Below, in pieces: positions 40,101-48,249 of a stretch of DNA of 64,000 bases. Within the stretch, counting starts at the first letter, position 1. Every line of letters starts with the position of its first letter. A model generated the notes under the pieces. That model was not told the origin of the DNA. It saw nothing but the letters and a program-made list of their open reading frames with translations, and searched no databases. Made by a program: the position numbers and the translations under genes. Location of the stretch: positions 1-64,000 of the IMG/VR virus record IMGVR_UViG_3300023184_000025; one strand, 5' to 3'.

Positions 40101-40766
40101 CGTGTAGTCAACTCTTGGTTGATAAGCTGTGGTGCCGTTGACGTTCAATAAACCATCACTGTCAAATTGCATAGTGCTATAGGTATCGCCCGGTGTGCCG
40201 CCTTGGTTACTAAACCCCTCCAGCCAGTTTATCTGTACTGCTCCGTTGTTTCCAGTAGGAACTCCATACGGACTACCATTGGCATAGAAATAGTCATCTG
40301 TATAAATTGCCCCGGCTCGTAGTACATTGTCAATGGCATCAACCATTATGGTGCTGTCATCTGCAAACACACTACCTTTTAAATCCCCAACAAAAACGTT
40401 GCTGGTGTAACTGATATTTCCTGCTGACAAGTTTCCTGTAATTGTCACGTTGCCGTCAATGTTTAGGCCGGTAAAATAACCTGTACGATATCGTAGATTT
40501 GCGCTGCCAATGTCATACACCTGTGACACACCAGGGCGAACATGATTTCTAGTAGAAATTACACCTGTGCCGTTGGTGGCCAACTCTAAATTACCGTTGG
40601 TATTGGTAACTTGTATGGTGTTGTTGAGTATGGTAATGTTTGAGCCAACAGGACCGGTGGCCCAGATTTGGTCAAAATTATTGTCGGTTTTTATGAATGC
40701 TACACGTAACGGATCACCTGTGCCGTCGTTGGGTGCGGCTCCGTAATTGATAATTTCTTGGGACAT
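37107..40766 (-). CDS. Long tail fibre / adhesin
   Basis: gp9/10-like N-terminus (PNDGTGDPLR.AF.K..NNF); repeats GNGSQLTG, YGNANV, WTF..G and Gly-rich GG.v.I.GG. Confidence 0.82.
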   Translation of the reverse strand: MSQEIINYGAAPNDGTGDPLRVAFIKTDNNFDQIWATGPVGSNITILNNTIQVTNTNGNLELATNGTGVISTRNHVRPGVSQVYDIGSANLRYRTGYFTGLNIDGNVTITGNLSAGNISYTSNVFVGDLKGSVFADDSTIMVDAIDNVLRAGAIYTDDYFYANGSPYGVPTGNNGAVQINWLEGFSNQGGTPGDTYSTMQFDSDGLLNVNGTTAYQPRVDYTSYVTVNTPRVESTDFDIVAGPGITVVGYDDNYNTPRSAYMSVQDQANATQQWDFGILGNGSNDFSVRNRTASTIPLVISTDGTVTASTIITNNISSDDSSFVTIQDGLNVIGDIETRGNVTADYFLGNGSQLTGISTADTGNVTFDDVNIIGDGNLRLQPDPANASAYLDIFLTGGAGPDIHIAGNGENVIIGRDTGANVAVNVDGKVSIQSDAGTPYTWTFEYDGNLTLPRGGIVYETNIPGGVLSGNTIALTPQGGTSTDQQLLIYPTADPTADANHLHLTSGNLYNTELFLGNDNLYVKLANTGNVVINSNDNVGNSAQWTFDTTGRVVNLEGLTLTAGGQFNICTILTGGSGYGGGGSFSATTGGSGTGLTVAYGYGLSGQVVNASVINPGDGNYQDGDVITMTAGNGAATFRLTQYNVLGNQGNNNFVESNWTFGAAGETIFPTLTTQRGDNPSGTISGQTLLFGNATQEAIISTPDGVLGINGDSSQRLVINPGEGYQGGEGGDIYLWAGRGGNASGSGGDIKIRGGQGGANTVGGAGGSGGYIRMEAGDAATTGGNPGYIDITGGYSNTVGGYVNVTGGQGNTIGGDVKIYGGYGTATGGNVNIWGGASGNGQANEGHVNIETGGNTWVFGASGNLAAPGNISATGNVTGAYIKGNGSELTNLPAPVVTQDITSNGAMSIMTYDGVIKYVNYATVEPSSGNITGGNILTNGLISATGNVTGNYFIGNGSQLTGLPATYGNANVVANLAALGSNPISSTGNITTTANVSGNFFIGNGSQLTGIAASYGNANVATFLAAYGSNTISTTGNITAGNLIGNISITGNVQGTSANVTLVAGSYNWTFNNTGNLTLPGNTFAVNYANNTPVDAVTRFSSTWTVPTGNSTQSFTVGINETYQMWVDCNIPNGILVWNATATVTNTNVPVVGYQYAWVYNGGGTPIDFTSIPNQFVGTANAIVRSNTAPSATTNRFDFGINNTSGSAQTVRYGWIAIS

Positions 40767-40826
40767 GCGCCTAGATCCTTTTGGTTTGAAGTATTTACCG
40801 CAAACCTGCGCATGTTAGAGTTACAG

Positions 40827-41147
40827 TTAAACGCTAAAACTTGACCCGCATCCACAGGTTGTAGCGGCCTGTGGGTTATTGATCACAAAACTACTGCCCC
40901 ATTCGTTTTCATCAAAGCGAATTTCGCATTCTTGCATGTAGGTCATTGACATAGAGTCAACCACAATAGTTAAATCGTCAAACTTGAAATCAAAATCGTC
41001 TTCATTTTGTTCTTCATCAAAGGTAAATCCGTATTGAAAACCCGAGCATCCTCCACCTTGCACAAACACACGGAATTTGAGGTTGGGATTGTTTTCTTCT
41101 AGTTTTAACTCTTTGAGCCGAGTAACTGCTGATTCTGATATGTTCAT
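40827..41147 (-). CDS. erpA: A-type Fe-S cluster carrier (ErpA/IscA)
   Basis: GGGCSGFQYGF and NP.A.TTCGCGSSF motifs. Confidence 0.9.
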   Translation of the reverse strand: MNISESAVTRLKELKLEENNPNLKFRVFVQGGGCSGFQYGFTFDEEQNEDDFDFKFDDLTIVVDSMSMTYMQECEIRFDENEWGSSFVINNPQAATTCGCGSSFSV

Positions 41148-41159
41148 AATGTATGTATA

Positions 41160-41708
41160 TTATAGGCGTTGGTTGCAAACGTCCCAGTCAATGATCTTCC
41201 AGATATTGTCTAGGTACTTTTCTTTATCACTTTGATAGTCCAGAGCCCAAACATGCTCCCACCAATCCACCAACACACAGATGTCTGTGCGTACTGCATG
41301 ATTGGCAATGGTCTTGATATCTCCCCCAGTGCTCAAGTAGACCCAACCAGATCCTTGAATCTTCATTGCAGTTTCCTTAAAAGCTTCTCGAAAATCTTCA
41401 TAGGTTTTAAACTTTTCTTCTATCAGCGCAAGCACAGCGCCACGAGGGCGGTTGGCACCTTTTGGAGCTCGAAGCTGAGGGAAAAACTTGTTGTGTAAAA
41501 AACTGCCAGCACGATTAAAATCCGCATTACCTTCTCCTGCGTTGTAACGCTTGGCGTAGCCTCGGGCCAGGTGTCCATAATGGTATTCTAAGCTTTCTTT
41601 ACTCAGCACTGGCTCAAGGTCTTTTTCGCCGTAAGGTAAAGGAGTAGTTTCCAGCTTGGCCGGACGGGTGCTGGCTTCCACAAGATTGATGTGATCACGT
41701 AATTCCAT
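41160..41708 (-). CDS. Fe/Mn superoxide dismutase (compact) with extra N-terminal leader
   Basis: LPY..LEP, EYH, LHN, QGSGW and DWWEH (all four metal ligands present). Confidence 0.88.
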   Translation of the reverse strand: MELRDHINLVEASTRPAKLETTPLPYGEKDLEPVLSKESLEYHYGHLARGYAKRYNAGEGNADFNRAGSFLHNKFFPQLRAPKGANRPRGAVLALIEEKFKTYEDFREAFKETAMKIQGSGWVYLSTGGDIKTIANHAVRTDICVLVDWWEHVWALDYQSDKEKYLDNIWKIIDWDVCNQRL

Positions 41709-41716
41709 ATATGTAT

Positions 41717-41965
41717 TTACCGGCGTCGAGTGATACGCCCACGTGTGAGATCATATGGACTAAACTCTACTTCTACTGTGTCGCCTAGTAGAATTTTAAT
41801 GTTATGTTGTCGCATTTTTCCTGAAATTACGCCTGTTACAGGCTGTTCCATGTGTGCAAGTTTTACTCTAAACATTGCATTGGGCAACACGTCGATCACT
41901 TGCCCATCTATTTTAAAACCTTCTTCTTTAGCCACTTTTTGAAATATTTCCTTTTTAGTAAACAA
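41717..41965 (-). CDS. infA: Translation initiation factor IF-1
   Basis: KEE....G.V...LPNAMFRV.L...[24 protein letters not shown]. Confidence 0.93.
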   Translation of the reverse strand: MFTKKEIFQKVAKEEGFKIDGQVIDVLPNAMFRVKLAHMEQPVTGVISGKMRQHNIKILLGDTVEVEFSPYDLTRGRITRRR

Positions 41966-41973
41966 TTACTTAT

Positions 41974-42807
41974 TCAAATTTCCACCAGCATTGGTTTCCA
42001 ATGCTCAGCTCTATCTTCGTAGTCAATATATCCACGTGGGTTACACACAACTCTAGTAGACCCAATCATGTAGTCAAAATCTTCATGAGTATGCCCATGT
42101 GTCCACAGTTTAATCTGCGGATGATCCAGGATAAACTCATCTAGACTACTGCTATAGGCTCCATTCATGAGAGTCTGATCAGCGTATTTTTCATGTGTGC
42201 TCATGCGACTGGGTGCCATGTGTCCCACAACTACAAATTTTGTGTCATGTTTTTCTGCCACAACTGATCTAATGTAGCCCACACTTTTTTTGTGTGCCTG
42301 TGCCACGTGTGCAGGGCGCAAGGTAGTAAATCCAAGATCACTGTTGCGAATGATCTTAAAATCGTTCATCATGTCAGCTACAGCATGCAAGGTAAGAGGA
42401 TCTCCGTTGTTCATGTCAGTCCACAATGTGGCACCAATAAAGGTAACATCGTTGATGGTTTTGCAGTCGTTTTCCATAAAGTACACATTGGGAAACTTGG
42501 CACATTCTTCTCGTAGGTATTGTAGACCAATGGGCCACTTGCCATGATAGAATTCGTGGTTACCTGCAATGTAGACCACATGCGGAAACTGAAAACTGCA
42601 ACGCTTTAAGAAGTCACGAAACCGTTGTGCGGCCACTTGCCTGCTTCCCAGTGACACTAGTGGATTGATACTATCTTCGGGATGATCATGTAGATCCTGC
42701 GCTAACATGATGTCGCCACCGAGGATCAGAACTTCAGCATTGTGCTCATTCTTGATCATACAATCACCAAACTCAAGATGAATATCGCTGGTTACATAAA
42801 TTTTCAT
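41974..42807 (-). CDS. Calcineurin-like metallophosphoesterase
   Basis: SDIHLE, GGDI, AGNHE, H..P, HGHTH and NPRGY motifs. Confidence 0.9.
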   Translation of the reverse strand: MKIYVTSDIHLEFGDCMIKNEHNAEVLILGGDIMLAQDLHDHPEDSINPLVSLGSRQVAAQRFRDFLKRCSFQFPHVVYIAGNHEFYHGKWPIGLQYLREECAKFPNVYFMENDCKTINDVTFIGATLWTDMNNGDPLTLHAVADMMNDFKIIRNSDLGFTTLRPAHVAQAHKKSVGYIRSVVAEKHDTKFVVVGHMAPSRMSTHEKYADQTLMNGAYSSSLDEFILDHPQIKLWTHGHTHEDFDYMIGSTRVVCNPRGYIDYEDRAEHWKPMLVEI

Positions 42808-43043
42808 TTGAATGCCTTTAATTCAGCTGGCTTAACAATTATAATATTATGCACAGTATCTTTATATTTGATTGGTAAGTCCAAGTGTACGCTCACCCTG
42901 GGACCTTCAACCAGGTTAATCACAGTATCATTGCCAACTGTGCCAACAAAGGGAATTCGGTTCCATTTGCCCGTTACACGATCGCCAATAAACCAAGTTG
43001 GCTTATAAGCATTACGCTCAAAATAGTCAGTGAGATTGCCCAT
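42804..43043 (-). CDS. Hypothetical protein (SH3-like)
   Basis: IGDRV.G.W..IPFVGTV pattern. Confidence 0.55.
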   Translation of the reverse strand: MGNLTDYFERNAYKPTWFIGDRVTGKWNRIPFVGTVGNDTVINLVEGPRVSVHLDLPIKYKDTVHNIIIVKPAELKAFK

Positions 43044-43176
43044 CGCCCCGCCATTGTTTTTTGGCTAGTTTAAATTCTTCAATTATTTTTAGAATTAACT
43101 TATAAAATAATGGACCAAATAATCCAAGAATAAATCCTGCCAAGAACAAATTTATTGCGTTAACTAATTCTGTCAT
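43027..43176 (-). CDS. Small membrane protein (49 aa)
   Basis: Hand-translated MTELVNAINLFLAGFILGLFGPLFYKLIL...; fills the gap between genes. Confidence 0.45.
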   Translation of the reverse strand: MTELVNAINLFLAGFILGLFGPLFYKLILKIIEEFKLAKKQWRGDGQSH

Positions 43177-43432
43177 AATCAAAGTCCTTGCTGTGATGTT
43201 TTTTTAGTTCAAAATCCATGTGTAATTTGTCAATTGATTTTTCCAAAGTACATTTTACAATGCTCAGGTCATAGGTAGTATATGCACAATGTGTTGGAGT
43301 TTGATTAATAGATTCGATACATTCTCTAACTGTGAGTTCGATTAGTTTTTCTACATCCATAGTGCTCATCCAACGTCCACTGACATCTGTTCCTACTTTT
43401 TTAATTAATTTTTCTACAATTTCTTTGTTCAT
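43160..43432 (-). CDS. Hypothetical protein
   Basis: ELTVRECI motif, shared with 51165..51344. Confidence 0.55.
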   Translation of the reverse strand: MNKEIVEKLIKKVGTDVSGRWMSTMDVEKLIELTVRECIESINQTPTHCAYTTYDLSIVKCTLEKSIDKLHMDFELKKHHSKDFDYDRIS

Positions 43433-43825
43433 TTATCGTCTCATTGTTGAAATTGCAATGGCCTCCTCATCACTGAAGATGGGGACAGCATTGCTTTTAT
43501 GCATGGTACCAATGCCTTTGACTTTGGTACCAGTATATTGTGGCGACGCCTTGTACGTTGCAACACCAACTTCTCCTGTATTAAGAGAAGGAATATTAGA
43601 AGTAGACCTACCTGGGGGTGGGTCTAATTTATAAACCAAAGTCTCAGCTGACATAGCACGACGACGACGTCGTTCTTCCTGCTCAATACCTTGAGACTTC
43701 AACAGCTCTCGCCAGGACTCTTCAAGTTCGCGGGCACGTTGTGCTTCAGCGGCATTACGGAATTTGACCTTGCCACGCTTCTTGCCGTTGAGGCTCAAGC
43801 TAGGGTGATGTAAGTGCATGCTCAT
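43433..43825 (-). CDS. Hypothetical phage protein
   Basis: Likely start MSMHLH; C-terminal YTGT...GIGTMHKSNAVPIF motif typical of T4-like phages. Confidence 0.65.
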   Translation of the reverse strand: MSMHLHHPSLSLNGKKRGKVKFRNAAEAQRARELEESWRELLKSQGIEQEERRRRRAMSAETLVYKLDPPPGRSTSNIPSLNTGEVGVATYKASPQYTGTKVKGIGTMHKSNAVPIFSDEEAIAISTMRR

Positions 43826-44085
43826 TTTTTTATTCCTAATACAAATGCAGTGGCAATACCGCCTGACAAAAAACGAAAGCCTTGTTTGCAGGGCCAGTAG
43901 TGTCGCCCTGCTTGGTAACCATGTTGTGCTAGCCACCGGATCCAACGTTCTCGACGGGCGGACAGTTCGTTGCGAGCTTCAAGGAAGTCGCCTATTTTGT
44001 GCCGGCCTTCAAGTATGTCCATGAGATCCTGTACCCATGGACCAGTGTCCACAACAACATTACAGTGAGAATGTACAAGTTTCAT
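43822..44085 (-). CDS. Small hypothetical protein (probably leaderless mRNA)
   Basis: ATG lies 7 nt downstream of a consensus -10 box. Confidence 0.55.
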   Translation of the reverse strand: MKLVHSHCNVVVDTGPWVQDLMDILEGRHKIGDFLEARNELSARRERWIRWLAQHGYQAGRHYWPCKQGFRFLSGGIATAFVLGIKK

Positions 44086-44109
44086 GCTAGTATTATAGCA
44101 CGAGTAAAA

Positions 44110-44943
44110 TTACTGGTCAACTGGTATTTTACAAACCGGAATTGGTTCCATTTTGTGCAAATTTCGGGCACGTATAGCACGGTATGCTTTGAGCTTTTTC
44201 TTTTCTTGTGTATTATCAACACCTGAATTGGTTTCTGCCTGTGTCATAGCCAACTCTAATTCCGGATAAGTCATGCCCAATTGATCTTCATCTGTGCGGC
44301 CATCTGTCCATAATCCGTCTGTGGGTGCCGCATCAATAATTTCCTGAGGCAAACCAAATTCACGACCCATGTCCCACACCGCAGTTTTCATGCAGTCACC
44401 AATTGGGCTGATATCCACTCCACCATCGCCGTATTTGGTAAAGAATCCCACACCAAAGTCTTCTACACGATTACCTGTGCCCACTACAATACCACCATGG
44501 CTTTGTGCAATTTGGTACAAGGTCATCATGCGCAGTCTAGCACGTGAGTTGGCAAATGCAAGATTAACCCTTTGTTCATCTACATTTTCTCTACAGTAGG
44601 GTATGAGATTTTTTTCAAATGAATCAAAAACTTTGGTCAAGTCCATGCTCATGTGTGTGACTGTTTCCTTGTGGCGTTCCAGCAACCAATCTGCCTGCAT
44701 TGAGCTACAATTATCTAGTTTCTTGTTTTGCCTAATTGGCATTTGTACCACAATGGTTCGGAGTCCGGTGTTGGCACAAAGTGCGCTGACAACTGAGCTG
44801 TCAATGCCTCCTGAAATACCAACAACTAAAGTATCAACTTTGGCACTACGAGCGTAGTCTTTGATCCACTTGGTAATGTGTTTAATGCGTTGCTTGGGTG
44901 TCATTCGATCTCCGGTGGTGGCATGCTCTTGAGTGTATCCCAC
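44110..44943 (-). CDS. nadE: NH3-dependent NAD+ synthetase
   Basis: VGISGGIDS, N.RARLRM, VVGTGN, GFFTKYGDGGVD, PTDGLW and DEDQLG motifs. Confidence 0.92.
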   Translation of the reverse strand: MGYTQEHATTGDRMTPKQRIKHITKWIKDYARSAKVDTLVVGISGGIDSSVVSALCANTGLRTIVVQMPIRQNKKLDNCSSMQADWLLERHKETVTHMSMDLTKVFDSFEKNLIPYCRENVDEQRVNLAFANSRARLRMMTLYQIAQSHGGIVVGTGNRVEDFGVGFFTKYGDGGVDISPIGDCMKTAVWDMGREFGLPQEIIDAAPTDGLWTDGRTDEDQLGMTYPELELAMTQAETNSGVDNTQEKKKLKAYRAIRARNLHKMEPIPVCKIPVDQ

Positions 44944-45482
44944 ATTTTGGTTTTTTCTTTAAACTCAGCTTCAAGTTTTCTATACTGGTCGCCTACTTCA
45001 CGTAGTTGGTCCCATTCAGCTTCTAATTCAGGATTGGGTTGAAGTAAATTAAGACGGTCTTGAATTACTTTTAGTGTGTCACAGAGACTGACTCCGTTGA
45101 TTTTGATATCAGCGTTTTCACCCTTGACATCAATAACACCACTGCCTTGATTGGAGTTAATATTCACAGCAGATGGCTGTTGAGTGGTATTGATATTACT
45201 CCAGTTAAATCCTGGTCCAGAGCCGCTGGTTGTTATTGGCCCAATTGTATATACTGGACTTCCACCTGTTATTGTCATTGATCCGTATCCTGACCCCAGT
45301 GTGATTGTATCCACAGTAGCAGAGGACGCCATGGTATTTTGATCAAGCCACGAATTGTCAACTGTTGAATCTGTCAGATCTAAACTTAGTGTATCATGTA
45401 TAGAGGACATACTATTAAACAAATCTAATTGTTCTGTATAATCTTTTTTAATTCCCATGATCCATCCTTTAAGTCTGTCCAA
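44901..45482 (-). CDS. Hypothetical protein (start uncertain)
   Basis: Low-complexity N-terminal half and coiled-coil C-terminus. Confidence 0.55.
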   Translation of the reverse strand: MDRLKGWIMGIKKDYTEQLDLFNSMSSIHDTLSLDLTDSTVDNSWLDQNTMASSATVDTITLGSGYGSMTITGGSPVYTIGPITTSGSGPGFNWSNINTTQQPSAVNINSNQGSGVIDVKGENADIKINGVSLCDTLKVIQDRLNLLQPNPELEAEWDQLREVGDQYRKLEAEFKEKTKMWDTLKSMPPPEIE

Positions 45483-45598
45483 TTAAGTACATCACCTTCT
45501 TGCCAACCGGCAGCTTCTAACAATTCCTCAGGGAACTTAAGAATAGCATCACCGGTTTCTGGGTCTTCTTCAACTGTGAGAGTCCAGGACTGAGTCAT
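45425..45598 (-). CDS. AbrB/MazE-like small DNA-binding protein (57 aa)
   Basis: Hand-translated MTQSWTLTVEEDPETGDAILKFPEELLEAAGWQEGDVLNW... Confidence 0.65.
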   Translation of the reverse strand: MTQSWTLTVEEDPETGDAILKFPEELLEAAGWQEGDVLNWTDLKDGSWELKKIIQNN

Positions 45599-45599
45599 T

Positions 45600-45785
45600 T
45601 TATTTTGTTGCCAAAGCTTCTTTTTCTGCTGTGATTTCTTTACGGCGCTCTTTGATGCCTTTGCTCATTTCTTGCAAGGCCTTGCGAGCACGGGCGGCGG
45701 CTGCCTTAACACCCTTTTGGGTAAACTTCTCATTTTCTGCCAGGTAGCTTTCGTAAGCGGCTACGATTTGTTCATGTTGTGTCAT
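45600..45785 (-). CDS. Histone H1-like (Hc1-type) basic protein
   Basis: KF..KGVKAAAARARKALQE......RRKEI; strong Shine-Dalgarno (AAGGAG) and own promoter. Confidence 0.7.
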   Translation of the reverse strand: MTQHEQIVAAYESYLAENEKFTQKGVKAAAARARKALQEMSKGIKERRKEITAEKEALATK

Positions 45786-45855
45786 TGTAATCTCCTTAAG
45801 TTGACTTTAGTATTTTATGATTAAATGCCACCAATGTCAATAGTTTTTGGCACTC

Positions 45856-46092
45856 TTAGTCTATATGTCTTTTGTTCCAGCAATCCCAGATTGTGACATT
45901 GTCCCAATCATGAGACCAATTAAGATGGAATACAGATAATCCTCTTTGCTCAAATATTTTCATACGATTGTTTTCTATGGAGACCTGAACATTTGAATCT
46001 TTGGCCCATTGTTTGAGCAGTTGCTCTGCATTCTTATCTCGCAGAATAACTATGTACAGAGCTTCTTGAGCTCTGAAATTACTTATACTCAT
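45856..46092 (-). CDS. Hypothetical protein
   Basis: 78-aa ORF. Confidence 0.5.
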   Translation of the reverse strand: MSISNFRAQEALYIVILRDKNAEQLLKQWAKDSNVQVSIENNRMKIFEQRGLSVFHLNWSHDWDNVTIWDCWNKRHID

Positions 46093-46093
46093 T

Positions 46094-46348
46094 TTAATGT
46101 ATGGTTGTACCGATTGGTATTGTTATATCGTTCAACAGAGATTGATCAGTTTCGTGAATCAACTCTTCAAACGCATGGTTAAGTTCTATGTAGTCTTCAT
46201 CATATTTACTAGCAGACTTAGAATCCATTCCTAAAAGACGCATTATGTTTCCCATGCGTATTTTTTTATAACCATATGAGTGCATTACTTTGCATAAATC
46301 AAGAAGTAATAATTTTATTGTGTCCTCAGAGACTTTGTCATCTAGCAT
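46094..46348 (-). CDS. Hypothetical protein
   Basis: 84-aa ORF. Confidence 0.5.
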   Translation of the reverse strand: MLDDKVSEDTIKLLLLDLCKVMHSYGYKKIRMGNIMRLLGMDSKSASKYDEDYIELNHAFEELIHETDQSLLNDITIPIGTTIH

Positions 46349-46425
46349 ATTTTTAATTATGATTGAAACAAAGATATGGCGTTTTTGGCACTCTAATAAT
46401 TTATGGTTTAAGATTAAGAGGCCAT

Positions 46426-46450
46426 AAAAAAGCGGCCTCTAGGGCCGCTT
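46426..46450 (-). terminator. Rho-independent terminator
   Basis: AAGCGGCC-N5-GGCCGCTT followed by a T-run on the minus strand, downstream of 46470..46829. Confidence 0.8.
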
Positions 46451-46469
46451 GTTAATACAAGCATTGCGC

Positions 46470-46829
46470 TTATACTTGGGCTTCAGGAGCCTTTGCTTCT
46501 GTTTTTGCAACAGGAGCCTTGGTTGCCACAGTCTTTGCAGACTTTGCAGTTACCTTGATCTCGCCTTTCTTGGCAAGCTTGGTCTTCTCAGACAGCTTGT
46601 TAGCTACAGCATAGCTGGCATCACCAGTATAGCCTTGCGTGTCTTGCAAGAACTGCAGAGCTTGCAGTTTTGTCATGGGCAAGGGCAGTTCCATCAAATT
46701 GATGTTAGTGCATCCTGCCTTGTTGAGGATCTTGATGCGAGCGACCAAGTCGTTAGCAAAGCGAGCCTTTGTGGTACCGTCTGCGTTAGTTGCGGTACCT
46801 GCTACTGTAAAAAGTTTAGATTCTGACAT
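46470..46829 (-). CDS. Hypothetical basic protein, possibly DNA-binding
   Basis: K.RFAND..R.K.L.K.G...I.L.ELP..MTK with Lys/Ala-rich tail; own promoter and terminator. Confidence 0.7.
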   Translation of the reverse strand: MSESKLFTVAGTATNADGTTKARFANDLVARIKILNKAGCTNINLMELPLPMTKLQALQFLQDTQGYTGDASYAVANKLSEKTKLAKKGEIKVTAKSAKTVATKAPVAKTEAKAPEAQV

Positions 46830-46936
46830 TGTGTTGCCTTTCGGAGTTGCCTGTTAAGTTAAAGTTTGTATGCTGTTTTATCAGCATATCATTAGTATAG
46901 CAAAAAAGGGTTTTTGTGTCAACCTTTTCTGCTACA

Positions 46937-46986
46937 TTTGAGCAAGTAAATGTGTTGTTTTTTTGCAACACATTTACCCGCTCAAA
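46937..46986. repeat. Long inverted repeat containing a TGTTG-N8-CAACA box
   Basis: TTTGAGC-AA-GTAAATGTGTTG-N8-CAACACATTTAC-CC-GCTCAAA. Confidence 0.8.
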
Positions 46987-47047
46987 ACTGGTTAATTTTT
47001 TGTCCATGTATGTATTATAGCACGAATCAATTAATTGGTCAACCATT

Positions 47048-47467
47048 TTATTGGTAGTCTTTGTCCAATTTGACATTGGTTAAACCTGCAATGGTTTGGA
47101 AACGATCCCAGGCATCCTGGGCCGCAGGGTTACGGGTTAGTTCACTGCTGGGAAGTACTGCTTCTAACCAAATCTCTGGGCGACGGCTTGGATGCGCACC
47201 AAACTTGCGAGGTTGGTGTAACTTGCCTTGTTCCCAAAGTTCAATGCTAACACTACGAAATTTAGCTTCATCTTCGTCTGAATAGTGCGCCCATTCAGGA
47301 TTGCTCCACCCACTTCTCAAATGGTATCCTGACCAAATACCTGTCCATTGTTCATCATCATGAGGATCAAAATCCGTGCGACTGATGATAATCAAAACGT
47401 CGTTGATGTCTACTCGACCGTCTACAATATCTCGAACACAACGACTATAACTAAGTCCAATTTTCAT
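47048..47467 (-). CDS. Hypothetical phage protein
   Basis: IGLSYSRCVRDI and GKLHQPR motifs. Confidence 0.65.
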   Translation of the reverse strand: MKIGLSYSRCVRDIVDGRVDINDVLIIISRTDFDPHDDEQWTGIWSGYHLRSGWSNPEWAHYSDEDEAKFRSVSIELWEQGKLHQPRKFGAHPSRRPEIWLEAVLPSSELTRNPAAQDAWDRFQTIAGLTNVKLDKDYQ

Positions 47468-47473
47468 AATATG

Positions 47474-47896
47474 TTACCAACTAGAATTATAAAATACTTT
47501 GAGTCCCATGAACAACTCAGCTCGAGCGTTCCGTATAAATTCAAGATCAAGATCTTGATAGTGGTCATCTGCGTCGTTGCCAAAAAAGAATCCTGATGTA
47601 CCCGGTAATGTACCTGCAATGACATCAAGCTCAAGTCGTTCTAAATCATCATAAGTTAACTCAAGTTCAATACCATTAAAGGTGTTGCCATCCTGATTGC
47701 CACCGTTGCGTTGATTCCATAACTGTTCCATCCAACCATGCAGGTTAGGGTGCTTGCGCCAGTAGGCAAGTTCACGTGGTTTAGATACCACCTTGTTGAC
47801 AAAATCCCTAGAATCTTGGTCAAATTCGGCACCCTCGTAAAACTCACTTTGTTGGCCAGCCCTTGCGGCCACGTATGCGTACATATCAAGTCCCAT
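47474..47896 (-). CDS. Hypothetical phage protein (MGLD...YWRK family)
   Basis: MGLDMY, YWRKH..LHGW, GFFFG and Y.SSW motifs. Confidence 0.7.
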   Translation of the reverse strand: MGLDMYAYVAARAGQQSEFYEGAEFDQDSRDFVNKVVSKPRELAYWRKHPNLHGWMEQLWNQRNGGNQDGNTFNGIELELTYDDLERLELDVIAGTLPGTSGFFFGNDADDHYQDLDLEFIRNARAELFMGLKVFYNSSW

Positions 47897-47907
47897 GCTG
47901 GTGCTCC

Positions 47908-48249
47908 TTATCTAATTGCAATTGCATTTTCGTCACGTCGATTGCTGTAATAACGATGACCGATTCTGCGAATGGTATCTGCGGCCATCTGCGGATCAGC
48001 ATCAAACATATCCTGAACGTCATCTTTGGTAATGCCTTCTTGAGCATTAAAAATATAAATTTCGTAGTGTCGTTGACTATTATAACGTGCTCTGAGTTCA
48101 AGGTGCATTAGATTGGGAATCCTTACAGTATCGGGTTCACCTTTTAGTGCGGCCCAAACTTTAGCGCCTTGTGTTTCCGTAATGTCAATCAAAGTTTCAA
48201 GACCATAACAGTCCCACATGGCTAGAAATTGATGATCTTTGGGATTCAT
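47908..48249 (-). CDS. Hypothetical phage protein
   Basis: WDCYGLE and LRARYNSQRHYEIY motifs. Confidence 0.65.
   Translation of the reverse strand: MNPKDHQFLAMWDCYGLETLIDITETQGAKVWAALKGEPDTVRIPNLMHLELRARYNSQRHYEIYIFNAQEGITKDDVQDMFDADPQMAADTIRRIGHRYYSNRRDENAIAIR

Noticed and set aside
37107-40766. Diversity-generating retroelement target in the tail fibre
   Set aside because: No reverse transcriptase and no adenine-specific TR/VR repeat pair were seen; the repeats are ordinary fibre motifs.
40827-44943. Host chromosomal contamination (erpA, sod, infA, nadE)
   Set aside because: These genes are interleaved with phage-type ORFs and share their strand, tight packing and promoter motifs.
46816-47076. 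86-aa minus-strand ORF
   Set aside because: It spans two promoters and an inverted repeat, so it is more likely regulatory DNA; a shorter leaderless version from 47007 cannot be excluded.
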